Assembly: GCA_003344405.1 (NCBI GenBank)
Contig: NOWV01000122.1
Location: 1-64,000, forward strand
Reading direction: 5' to 3'
From: Trichoplax sp. H2
Taxonomy: Eukaryota
DNA: 64,000 nucleotides
Shown: piece after piece, positions 23,577 to 37,400 of the stretch
Layout of the letters: the number at the start of each line of letters is the position of its first letter
How positions within the stretch are numbered: the stretch's first letter is position 1
Position numbers and translations under genes: made by a program
The notes under the pieces: generated by a model
Told to the model about the DNA's origin: nothing
The model's input: the letters and a program-made list of their open reading frames with translations, nothing else
Databases searched by the model: none

Positions 23577-26500
23577 ATCCGATAGACTTATACCGTATTA
23601 TGATCATTATGGACTTAGCCCCATTTGGAAAGTAAACTTACATGCATACAGCTTATAACGACGTAACGTAATTATTCAGTTAATACGTAATCTAGCAAGA
23701 AACTAGAAATTATTTTAAACGTAAGCTGAAAAGAACATTATAAATAAAGCAGCTTGAGTAAGCAAATATCAATTTCTATTAAGACAAATTACTCAAAAAA
23801 TAGACGGGGCATTATTCAGCTAGTAGTTAATAACACGAACTAATATCGTCCACCGTTTCTTCCTTCCAGTACCGAATATTAAGGTAAAGCATTCTAACTC
23901 TACTCGAGGTAATCTCGATATACGTAGAATATAAACATCATGGAGCTTATCCGTATCAGGATTAAATTGACCTATAATAAAAAAATTAACATGCTCATCG
24001 CTATGTTCTCTCGTGCGACACTAGGTCAATCACGCAATAATCTCTAAACATTACCAGTCTATCATACATAACACTCATAGCATTGGTATTTATCGACTAT
24101 ACATCATCCAATAACCAATTTACCAGTTTCCATTCAATGCGAGTGTTGAAAGAGTCTAAATAGATTGATTATGACCCAAATTAGGGGTACATAGAAGCAT
24201 TCGAACAATAGTTTACTAGATTTTGTTTGAAATAATGACAGCCTATTTCGCGCTAAATATCATACAATATTAATGCCAATGCCCGTAGCGGTTACTATTG
24301 TGAATTGTCTACCAAGACATTGTACTTATAGATTAATTTAATTAAAATATTGATCCATTCTACTGATATGTATGCATATCTGCATAATTAAATCAATCAT
24401 TTTTTTGTTACCTTAAATTATACATATTATTTATTGTAGACCAACTAGATACTGATCCATTGACTATACTTCCATTGCACTAAAACGCACTAAAATAGCT
24501 GCAATGCTACTTATACTACAAGTCTAGTAAACTGGTCGAATTATGCGTCAATTTCAGGTCGTAAATAACAAGTAATTCTTGCTGGGACGAAATCTGCTTT
24601 ATCAGTAAATAAATTCTATCGGCAACATTCGAACCACTCATGTATATAATGTACTGTATCAGTAGATAGGATGGAAGCATCTAAGTGTTTCTAATCATTC
24701 CTTAAAATTTATAAAGTTAAAATTTGAGAAGTATTTATGCCGGTATGCGGAGTAACTGAGCTAATTTTTATAACTAAATTGGCCAATGTAACTAGTATTG
24801 TCAAGGATATTCAATGATTGATCTACAAACTTACTTTTAATAAACTTTAAATTATGCAGAATTAATCAAAAAATAATTCGTATAAAAAAATTTAGTCGTT
24901 ATAGAGCTAATCTTAATATTATGCTATCAGAATTTAATTAGAAATAATAAAGTAATAGATAACCCATAACTAATAATGTGATATATTATACTATAAATAC
25001 TTATAATTTGTTTAATTCTTAATATGGAGCGTATAACTCAGCTTAACATTGACCCATGCAGACATTTACTCGTGCTAAGTTACTCACTGATACCATTTGA
25101 TATTAGCAATAGCCAAATATTCTGTGAATGATAATCAAACTAGAGTATATTTTGCGATAGTAAAGGTATAACGATTTGTATTCAATATTTCACTATTTGC
25201 AATACCAGAAAACTGCAATATGGGTGCAAAACAAATCAATATAACGGCTGGTATAAAATAAAATTAAACATCTTGACCTACTGCTATTTTAAACAATTAT
25301 AATATTCTTGTCAAATTAATAGCCATGGTATTTACGCTTTATTCCCCAGCGTTTAGTTCAATTACTGAGATTCAGACAATTACTAAGTATGAAATATTAC
25401 TTTATTCTATATACAGTTATTAATTCTGTAAAATAGTGAATAAATGATAAATACAAGAGCAGGGCTATAAAAATCGACCAAACATACATGAATCTATCTA
25501 CAATCTAAAGTGTAATATTGTATATATATGAAGCATTTTTTTCATCTACTGTTTGTTATTTGAATAATTCCGATACTTCCTAGAATAATAAAAATCAACG
25601 CAATGAAAATTTACTGACAAACAAATTACTATGTTTAAAGGATATCCATCATTCTCAGATCGGTGCTAATCTATCCAACAGATACTGAAAGAGAACAATT
25701 TGAATACTGCCTCAAAAAATTCTCAATTTTTTTCTAGTTAAATCATTAATACTTTTATATAATTTTCAGTTGTAGCGACACGAAATAGTAAATTTTAACC
25801 TAACTTAGACTTTAAAATTTTCTTTTTATGTAATTTAATTTACAAATATTAACTGACAGAACATTAATATGAAATAAATATTTTGAAAGTGTGTCGACAC
25901 AATGATGGAAAATGTATCCGAGTTCTTTCTTAGATGTAAGTCTTGATACATGTTACAATACGATGATGAGTAAAGTTATTATTACTCAGTAGGTAATCAT
26001 TGAAAGCAATAATAATAATTTGATTTCGTAGTTGCGACAATTCAATCCTTATGGTACTGCCAGCATGCGGCTGAACGGTGAATACTATCCCAGCTATCAA
26101 TAATAACAACTTACTATTTACGGTAACCCAAGCGACGTTCAATAGCTCGGCAGACATTACGTTATATTTACCGTTGCTCTGTCTATCGGTATCAGATGTC
26201 ATTATATCTAATTGATTGATTGATTGATGATCGTAGCGAAAACTTATTGTATCGCTAATTCTGTAGACTATCATAACGAAGTTACTATTGATGGGAAGTC
26301 TAGGTAATTCAATATAGAAAAGGCAGTTACAATTTTACAAGCACTGCCAACCCCTACGAAGAGTAGATAGATGATATACGGAAAGTAATCAATCCATTTT
26401 CGGATTGGTCTGAAAAGCCGTATCATATTACTACATATTAATCATTGGATGCTTTAAATAACTCAGTAAAGATGATTTTTATTGCTATCGAGTAATATAT

Positions 26501-29500
26501 GGAAAGAAAAACAATTAGTTACTGTATCAACAATATCCAAGGAGAGGCATGATAATAGATCTTAATGATCATCAGACAAAAATTATTTCGTCGCTACTGC
26601 TAATGATTCACTTGTTGCTGTGACAGCCAAGAGAGTTGATTTTAGCAGGTATCGATCAAGATTGGTTGCCCAACGATCGAATATTTTCTCCCCGAATAAT
26701 TTCTATCATCCCATTTGACAAATTAAATTACTTATTATCTTAACTGATATTTTGCATCACTACTCTAAACTAAATGGATATATACTATGCAATACTTTCC
26801 TAGTTAATCACAGGGGCAGTCGTAAGAAATCTAATGTTATCCTAAATAACGGTTAATAAAGATTGACATAAATGTATTTTCCTATATTCTAACTCGAAAA
26901 ATTTGCAGTCTACTGTTACAATAACCTAAACGGCATAAGGTCAATTTAAATAAATAAATCTCTCTTTATCTAACGAGATTATCAACAGTATAAACTAGAT
27001 GGGCAATTTAACAAAAGTTAATAAAGATTGGCATAAGTGTATTTTTTCTCTATCTCACGAGGTTGATTCACCGTATAACTCTGTTAGTAACCTTAATAAC
27101 AGTTAATAAAGATTGACATCAATCGATTTCGTAGCTAGACTAAGCTAGAAAACCATTGGTGTGATCATCTCTTAGCCAAATGGCATAGCTAAAAATACTC
27201 ATTATCTTACTTATTCACCTAATGTAAACCCTTCAGGCGTTTTCTCGCATCTTTGACCCGTTTATGATGATATGAGACTTAAAATTGATTCAACATTACC
27301 GTTATACTTTACGAAATTCCAATCTCTAATTGTTACCCTTAATTAATCTATAGTAGTTTATAAGCTAAGCATCGCTTCAAGGCAATCAATAGAACATAGT
27401 AGGTGCTCTTTCTGATATTATAATTTGATTTAACAGATCCATTCCACTCTTGGAATGATGACGAATATTGATAACTTGAAGGGTTCTTTCCATATCCCCT
27501 CTATACTCCCTATGCCTTTGTATTTTATAATACTGAAAGCAAGAGCTTTGATGAAAGTCGGCGATATTGATTTCCGTGAATAACTATCCAACTATTCATA
27601 GTTCACGCAATTAAAATTATGCTGGCATCGATTGGTCCAATTATGACCAGCCCTACAGGATTGCGTTTTATTCTCTTCTTTCCTCTATTTTAGCTATTCA
27701 ACAGCTACGATTAAGAGCTATTATTGATCTTGTGACATCATAAACAACTTGTATATCAATAAATTTCCATTCTTTTATTGGAAACCAAGTAATTATTCAG
27801 TCAATAGACCAACTACAAGCTATTTTTCTACAGTCGCTATTCCTCTTTCACCACTATTGTCTGTCCATTGCTATCCAACTAACATTGCCCATTTCAACAA
27901 TAAAACTGTTATGCATAATATTATCCGATCATTGTTTACTTCGTTGCCGCCCAAAGATTGTTTCAGAATAAATGGTTGCTTTTCATGGGCCAGAAGTTAT
28001 TTATATGCATATCAGCCATCATACTGTGAATTACATATGAGTAAAGGGCGTAGAACGATCGGCCTTTGTCAATAACAGGGTTTAATTAACATTAACTTTA
28101 TTGCCACACTAAATTCCAAACCAGTCTATAGCCTTAACTTAAACCAACCGTCATCATTTTTGGGTGGAAAGATTAGATCTAACTTTGACGTTTATCCTTA
28201 TTTTCTCTTCCGTATTTTATCCAAGATTGTCATCACTAGTGAAGTAAGTTGAATTTGAACAATCTTTTTTCTTACCAGACATTTTTTCAATCTATCTGTA
28301 TGATTGTATGTATAGACTATCTCACATTCTTGTAAAAATAGTTTAGGTTAAATTGAGTAAGGTATGATTTTGTTAAATTGTGTCCTATTTCGATCATATT
28401 GTTCTCTATGATCATGATGTTGGTTCGAGTGCTTGGTTTGAGGCACTATAGTGATATTTTAACTCTGAAGAGAAGGAGTAAATTCAATTGAACTCCAGTA
28501 GCAACTGAAAGGGGCGACAGGTTTTTTCCTCCTCGATACTCCACTCGATCTTTGTTAACTTGAGTAAGAATATGGATGAAAATGACCGTCTACTTTTTCG
28601 TATAATGATGAATCATTTCAATTTTTTTCTTTATGAGTCATAAACAGGAGATTATACTGTCTATGGCCGATCTAATGGCCATAAATATAAAATAACTATA
28701 ATTTTAGTACAAGCTCAATAAGAGTCTTTTCTCTCGAGCTACGCGAGGATAAGCGCACTATCACTTTACGACGTTAAAATAGCCTCCTTGTTATAAGATA
28801 GAAGAGGTGCTCATTATCGGAAAGGATTCCATTCTATTTCCATCCCATTAGCTTAATGTCGCCTTCACGGCTACAATTTTATATATTATCGGCCTTTTAA
28901 CCGCCGATCATTAAATAAAAAAGGTCAATCTACGTATTGACGTGGATATTTTTTCTAAATTAGTTAAACTACCGTTATAATTGATTGTTTTTTTCTGTTT
29001 AGCGATCAATTGACCAAACTAAAAGTAGTCCGCAGATCAACGATAGACTCATACATATTTTAATATTATAGGAGGGATTGCGTACATTTATCACATCTTC
29101 TTTTAATTCTACTACTATGATAATGGGTAACGATGAAAGCTTGAATTGGATTAGGATCAGTTGAAAAGGATATTATACACATTGCTTTATTCTTATCCTT
29201 CAGGTTGTAGTAGCAGCCTAGCGAAAGTAACTAATGCACGCTCTTCAAACCCCTGATCTATTCTACATTGTAGGCTAATATTAGTTCTATCATTGTATTT
29301 TCTTAATTTAATCCGAATTTTTCATTTTCATCCCTATCATTACCACTGTAAATATAATTTTTACTAGGATTTAAAAAGTCCACGTTTCAATATAAGTTAG
29401 CGGAAGTTCTGGGCAAGAACAAGTGACCATTGGATAAGATTCATGTCATTGCATAATAACTAGAGATAATTTCGATTAAACTTGAACCTTTTCTATAAAT

Positions 29501-32500
29501 GGAGTGAAAACTTAGTACCGTATATAATATTTACGGTTTGTGAAGGAAGTCAATTTTAGTTTCAAATTGTATAAGTTGTAGCATCTTTTTTCTCCTTTTC
29601 TGGCTATCTCATCGCTATCCATCGTTTACTGATGGAGAGGAAAGTACTTTGATTGTACATTCTTCTATTCGTCTTATACAAACTGATTTAAATCCTTAAA
29701 ACTACGCCTGCTGACAGATTGAGAAGTAACTGTTGACGATAATTTCTTAAGACAGATTTGCTATGGCTACCTTAAATCCTTGAAGTCCACTATGTATCAC
29801 TTTAACGCTAAAGGATTTCGTGTCTTACCTATCTAATGTTAGCCGTTCAAGTCAATTTTATAATCTAGTAAATGAGTCACTTCGTCCAAGTATTTCTGTA
29901 ACTAATGAGCAATAACTGAAATTTGAAGGCTACAATTAAAGTAGAAAAGAATTAATAGACTATGTAGATACATGAGACAGTTGGTAACGAAACTGATCAT
30001 TCTATAGCCGCATTAAAATTCAATCTAGATGAAACTGATCAGCAACATGAACAGATTTTCTCTCTGATAATCTACCATAAAATTATCTTAAACTTTTAAA
30101 AGTATACTACATCAATCGGTACAATTTATAACTAAAATAATAGTATCCCATACCCAATATAAATTTCTTTCTATGCTTATACTTTATAGATTTCGAATTT
30201 TAGCATTAGGACCAAATCTATTACGATAATTTTGGAAGCTTTCTTAAGAAGCTCCAAAATTGTCTTTAACTTAAATTCTATTGAAATAACGCGAAACTCT
30301 CTTTACATTTTCCAATAATTTCTCGTAAATTCTTTTCTCCGACTAAAATTAATCTTAATTGAATATTTGTTTCTTGATCATGGTTTGCTATTCAATCTTC
30401 TTTTTTAAATTATAGCCTTCAATATTCAAACGAGTATCCAGTTAAAATCGAATATTTACTCAATTACTTGAGGATTAGTTGATAGGTTATCGGCAGCAAA
30501 TTGATATTTCATCTTATAGTTTAACTGCTTCAGCGAGAATTAAAATGACGCTTCTTCTCTTCCAGTAATAAGTTATACGGTATATCTGATCTTACAAAAA
30601 ATTAATCTCTCAGTAATTCTATATATTCTCATCTATCTCATATGTTCTTAGTTTATATCTCTTATTCATAGAAATACGATTATCTTTCGGCTATTTAATT
30701 CGTGTTCACAACACTATATCTTAGATTACAAATTTGGATTAACTGTAAACGGTAGCAAGAAGTTAGTGCTTTTCAATAAGTTAGCAATCATTTAATCCTT
30801 CAAGATTCGATGAATAGTACCACGAACGGATTCCAAAAGGCTGCTTTATAGCCTTTATAAATTAAAATAAAGGATCTATAACATTTGCCTTTCAATTATT
30901 AACACCGTTAGTATATAGTAAGTAGAAATGATATTTAATATGGCAAGAGATTTATTTCTTTAATTTTAACCCAACTATCTAATACTTTACTCTATAATCT
31001 TAAACAAGTTTGGAGACTAATAACTGCAGCAATTAAACCAATACTTATTAGGTCGAACTGCTTTACTTAATGCTCCAAGAATGGATTTCATGATTGGATA
31101 GACAGAAGACTATATCGTATAATTTATATATTGATAGAGTATATGGGCATTAATGATATTAGTGGAGATAATAGTCTACTATGTACTGACAGAATATTTA
31201 AAGCGAACATTGCGAAATTTGAAGCCCATTTTCAATTAAAGTGTATATGTTATATATTAAACATATATGAAGGACTTTAATTTGTAAAAGACAATATTTA
31301 AAGTAAATAGTATGTTCTATAAACTCTGACAGAACCTCAGTGCTAACGGAATATCATTAACATACTTCACGAACATTTTTTAGCCTCTTCCAATAGCATC
31401 ATCAGGATTTAAGTTTAGATAGGTGGTTATTTTAATACTGACTAATACCGGTATGAAGTTAATTTACAGTAAAAGGCCACACTGAAATGCTTTGAATTAT
31501 TCTACTAGTATTCCCATCTAGTCCAGCACCAGAGCTGAAAGTTCTCTGGTCTGCAAGACTGTTTTCAAATAAAATTTTAACTAAATACAGTCTAATGAAT
31601 CGTTATGAAATATTAAATTCACAACTTTGAAATTGGGGATTAATATTATCCTTTATTTACCCACTTATTCCATTTAATCAGATAGTTGACAGTTTCTAAG
31701 AATGAAATCTTCATACTGACAAATAAAAACAGGATTATATAGCTTTCAATTAAGTATTCAACGAATATAACGTCAAGTCTAAAGCTTTCTTGTTTCGAAT
31801 CATATTTTTTAAGACTCAGAAATCTATACTTTATATTTCAAGACAAGTATTATAACATGGCGCAGGATTTACGACTGAATTTAGTTTCATACCGAATTAC
31901 AATCAACAGCAAATTCATTTCAAATCTGAAGTTTATCATTCAGTAGATAAGGATTTTTCTTTGACACATCATCAAATAGTTGCCTTGTTTACTCGTATAG
32001 TCTTATTTTTCCTGAAGATAGTTATTGCATTATGACACTCTGACGGCTTCCCTTTTCCAACTATTTTACCGGTATAAATGTAATTCATTGACTACAACTC
32101 GCTAATGTTAATATTATATCCAATATAATGAGTTGATTTTCCATTTTAGCGCTATAAATAGAGTCAGTATAAAAATATCTACGAAAACAGGTTAGAAGAA
32201 TGAAAATTTTATCGTTGCTATCAATAACTCTCGCCGAATTTTACCCTTAGTTAAAACAACATTAATGACGTCCATGACTTACAAAATAGAAAATTCTGTA
32301 ACTCAATCAATTCTTTCTTTAGACTAAACTATTATTAAAGGATTACATACTACGAAAATATAAATTCTTGGCAACAATGTGCCATAGATTGAGGTACAAT
32401 TAAGGCTCTATGCTACAAAGGAAAGCTAATTTGAGAAGTTTAAAGATTATTTTTAGAATCGATCTACTGATCATATAGAGAAAATGAGACAGTTTTTATT

Positions 32501-34489
32501 AAAAAAAAAATAGTTATATCCATCTATCTTCTATTTTACTACTGCACAACTCGTAGTCATTAATTAATTAAAAGTAGATCTATTGCTAACTAGACTGGAT
32601 AGGAAATGGATTCTAAATAAACTATTTATTATATATGGTATTTTGATGATTAAATAATGAGACAAGCGATAATTCTGCAAACTGATGATAAAATAATGGG
32701 TTTACAGTTGCTTTAATTGTAATAGTAAAAGTAAATAGATGGAGAATCCTGTCCAGTATTATTCATTGAACTTGAAGATTCTGAAATTGAAACTAGTTTA
32801 TTATTAAAGTAAAGGAATAAAAATTTAATCCTACTTGAACCTATCCAAGTATCTATCCCATGACTTGCTATGGCTACTGGTTAAAAATAACTAGCCAAGA
32901 ATCACAGCCCTTCATTGATAGTTGATTACAGATTTTAGGGCAAAATTTATAATTCACAGCTAAGCCGATTGTTGAATTAAGAGAATAATGAGCTCCTTAA
33001 TCATTGTATACTATTGTCTTGTTGGCTGTAAACGTAAACTAAAAATTCATCACTTTATTTATTCTCAAACTTACTCTCACTGGTGCATCGCCGAAACTTG
33101 GAATAATTACTAATAGATTTGTCAACTGTCGTAAAATTATTGCCATGTAATTATAAATTAAATTAAAATTGCATTAGGTATAAAATTGAGAACTTCTTAC
33201 CAACTAAAAAGCAGTGCAGAAGTCGATAATAGCTTCCATGGATATCAGATCTGGGATTTTCAGTGTCCTGTAGATGTCATTCCTTTCATCATCGGTTGTA
33301 TAATTTAGAAATTATCATTGAGTCACTATAAACTACCGTAATTTTACTATCAGTTTATTGCCAATAGTTTCTTTTTTCATGGCTTCTACTTTATTACAGT
33401 GGCATAATTATATGGCAGCCCTATTTTAGCATTACTTAATCTTTAATTTACAGAATTAGTCAGGTAAATAAAGATTTTAATAATACGATATGATCGAAAG
33501 GGCTGATTCAATAACTCTGAAGAAGAACAAATAAAGCAACATTTTTCTTTAATGAAGACGTATCTTTTACATAATATTATAAAGCTTCTCAAACTGATTT
33601 CCACGAAGTCTGCAAGTGTTTAATATCAGAAGCAATTTAAAACAAAGACTTGCTCAATAACGTTACTCATTACTGATTAATTTATATTTAAAAAAGTAGA
33701 GATCAATTAAGTGATGTACTACATTTACTCAATCTTAATTTCGATCTCTATGCGTAAACTTATTTATATTAATCCAGTAAGATATTAGATTCTTCATCGA
33801 CATCATAGAATTGATTGATTAATTAATTTCTATTATCGTATGCTACCTTTGACAAGAATCTTTATTCTGCATTAACGTCAATCTTAATTAATAAGCCCTC
33901 AGTGTCTACGTATAGATAGTCATTTCTAGTGGATTATTGTGCTACAGTTTATTCTATAGGTAGTAAAGTGACAAAATTTATTTATCATTTAGAAAAGATA
34001 CGTAGAATATAGCAGTGTTATAACCAGAAACAAGCACTTGTAGATGATAACCTTCTACGTATTTTCTTTTCTAAACCTAATCTACCGTACTTTTTATAGT
34101 CTTCAGTATTTTAGTAACTCCTATCGAATACATGACGAAAATATTATTCTTGATACTTGTAAACCAAGACTAATATCAAGTGAGAATTTAAACTAAATCA
34201 CTTGGCATTGCAAAAATAGAGAAACAGAATGCAAAATTAAATTTATGCTTAGAATATTCGTACTCGTGAAATCTTTAAAAATGTTGACAATTGAGAGCTA
34301 ATGTTCGCTTCCTGTACAGTGTACCCGCTTATAGACAATAATGTCTGCTACTGCTATTTTAACACAACGATTGCGTGATAATCCTGTTTTATCTTTTTTA
34401 TTCTCTTTAGATTCTATCAGTAGATATATTTAAAGCAGGGTCAGACTAATTTTTGGACTTCATCAGCAAGATACACAAGACTCTTCATC

Positions 34490-37400
34490 ATGGGTGATCA
34501 GCAAAGCAAAGGGTAAATATAACGTTAAAGATGATCTCATTTCTACCAACTTAACCATTCATTATTTTCCGTGAACATTCTTCTTCATATTTCAATTTGG
34601 ACTGATTTAATTCGATAAATTAATTGCATGCCCCTTTCTGCTAGCGACAATAGTTTCTTCCATAATGACGTTATTAGAGATTCCCTGCCGAGCCACAGAA
34701 AGATAGATAGTTCAGTAGAATAACTGTTACTATAGTGACCATAATGCATATAGACGACCCTTTTAGTGCTTTATAAACTTTTATTAACTCTATACCAATC
34801 GTTGCAGTATTTAAAATTTGTTCTAAAATTTACCTAATCGCCAAGCTCTGATTAAACACCTTTCAACGTTTAGTCTCTTTATCTAGATAAAAATTATATT
34901 TATTTACTCGTAAATGAAATTCAGCTAGGGTTAGTTAGTTTTAAGTGGCCCAGATTATACGCGCCATGAGTTCAATCGTTTTAAGATATGATTTTCGTTG
35001 AATTAGTCCAATTCTCTAATTAGAGCTGAAACCCTGCCAATTTAAAACGTTTATATCGAATCAATTCGACGTTTTAACGTTTAAAATACCGTACTCAGTG
35101 TTTTGTTAAATTAGCCCAATTCTCAAGTTTGGCCAAAAGTCTTTCATATCTCTATGTCTGCTTAGCCATTATGTTGATGGGGAATAAAGTTCTTCAATTC
35201 CGGTTGATATAATCTATTTTATTGAAGCATAGATAGTGCTAAAAACATTCTCAGCAACTATAGAAGCCGTAAATGGATATACTGTATGCTAGTCTATCAT
35301 CGTAAATAGAATAAGAGTTAAGGTATCCTATTTTGCCCTGAATAACGAGAATGTTGCCAAGCGTTCTATTTTAATATTATGAAAGCGTAAATTGTTACTA
35401 TGGCATTGTAACCTAGACTTGACAGAAAAGTTTCCTAAACTTCTTTCCTCATAGTGGATAGTTAAGACTGCTATATGGACTTAGCTAAAATTATTCAATT
35501 TTACATGCATGTATGCACAGCTCTAGCTGTAACACTGTCTGCCTTTGCTCTTCCTTCTTAATAAATTCTGAATTACGATAATCTATAACCAAAGTGATAT
35601 TACCCAATTGCAGCAATTTTGTTTGAGTGGCCATGATATTGCAGATACATCTCCTTTGAATGCTAAAACTAAAGTAATTTATCGATATTTTACATAGCCG
35701 GCGATCAGATCAATCCAATGGGTTAAGTAAATCGACTACCAATGAATCCAATGGCTCGGCAACATTGAGTCAGCCAATTAATGGGAGCCTTGATGGATCA
35801 TTGCATCGTGGTGAAACCCTAAAAGCTAGAAAAATTGCAGAGCAATCTTACGGTGCTGCAAAATTTACTGAGTAAGTATTAGTAAAGTGCTTAAGTACAG
35901 GTTAAAATCTTATCAAATACCAATATAGCCATCAGTAGCTTAATTAGTAGCTTAATTGTATAAACAAATTAACATCAAAAGATGCTAAAGCTAAGATCTT
36001 ATCTTACCGTCAGATAGCAGAGTAATTATATATACATAAAGCATTATTGGCTTGGCTTACACCTTATTAGTAGCAACAGTCTCCGAAAGAGTTGTATCAT
36101 ATATTATACTACAGAAATAGGCTGGATATTATAACGTTTTACAACAATATCTGTCCTTTGCATTAATATCCTCTATTTACCATTTTAAATCAAACTAGCA
36201 ATAACTCGAATCCGATTGACTTTAATAAACAAGCTAAAATGTTAAAGGATGCGATTCGCGGTGGCCAAAAGAAAAAGGTAAATTTAATTAGAAAGATATT
36301 CTAGGAGATTATATATTTTCAATATTTTAAAATTCGACTTTAGGTAGAATTGCATAAGAAAGTCATTATAGAGTTTTAAAATTATCCATAGTATTATGCC
36401 ATGAATTCTATTAATTAATAAAGATAATTTTTTCTACATTTTATTCACTATTAGCTGAATCCTGTGTCTGGAAATCCGATCGAAATTAATTTTACTTTAG
36501 TTGTAAGTAACTTAGCGCTAATAGCTAATATTATCAATAAGAGGAATTGAACAGCCATAAGATCGCTAAGATTAGACTTTTATTGCAAGCAAAATTCATG
36601 TCTAAGATGGACCGGTAGCAACTAATTTAAATTTATAATCTTCTCCCCACAAAATTTTAGCATCTAACCACAGCTAAAATTGATCCAAAAACATATACTT
36701 TGAGCGCTTCCGTTATTATTGACGATTTAAAGGTAACGAAATACTTTCTATATTATCGAATTTATTTCTTCTCTTAACATAAGAATTCCTATTCGAGATA
36801 TTATTCGCTAAATAAGCCACCTAAGTATTTTATCAACCTGATTTTTACATTGTGTAATGATATAAAAAATATATTAACTAGAAAAGATGATATTCACTAT
36901 CAGAAATGTTGTATTTAGATATTTTAACTTGTAGACTTACCAGATAGAAGTTTTAGCTAACGTGGCTTATTTCAATCATTCTTCATCAAATAGGGCATGA
37001 AAGAATCAGGAGACTTATACTTTGCCACAATCTTGATGAAATTAGATGCAGCTGGAATCAGCGTCATTGAAATCAATACTCAAGTAAGAAATTTGCTTTT
37101 TAAGTTTAAAAGAATTGAGAAATTTCAAACTCTTCGCGGATTATTTACGAATCGTAGCATTCAAACTAATTTGAATATTTCTAATATATAAAATATTAGA
37201 GTCTTGTAGAACAATTGCCATTTACGGCCGTTGAACGATGTGAATTTATGGAAAATGTACCGGAATTTGATCAACTTTTATTATTATTTACCAACAATAA
37301 TGATGGTACTCATAATTTTCATATCTTCCGAACACTCGATGCTAAAGTAAGTCTACCAATTCAGTTTTAATTACAAAAAATGAGTTACTGCTTATAGCCC

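Noticed and set aside
25930-28075. ORFs 25930..26274 and 27749..28075
   Set aside because: No domain motifs, no convincing splice partners and no paralogs in the window.
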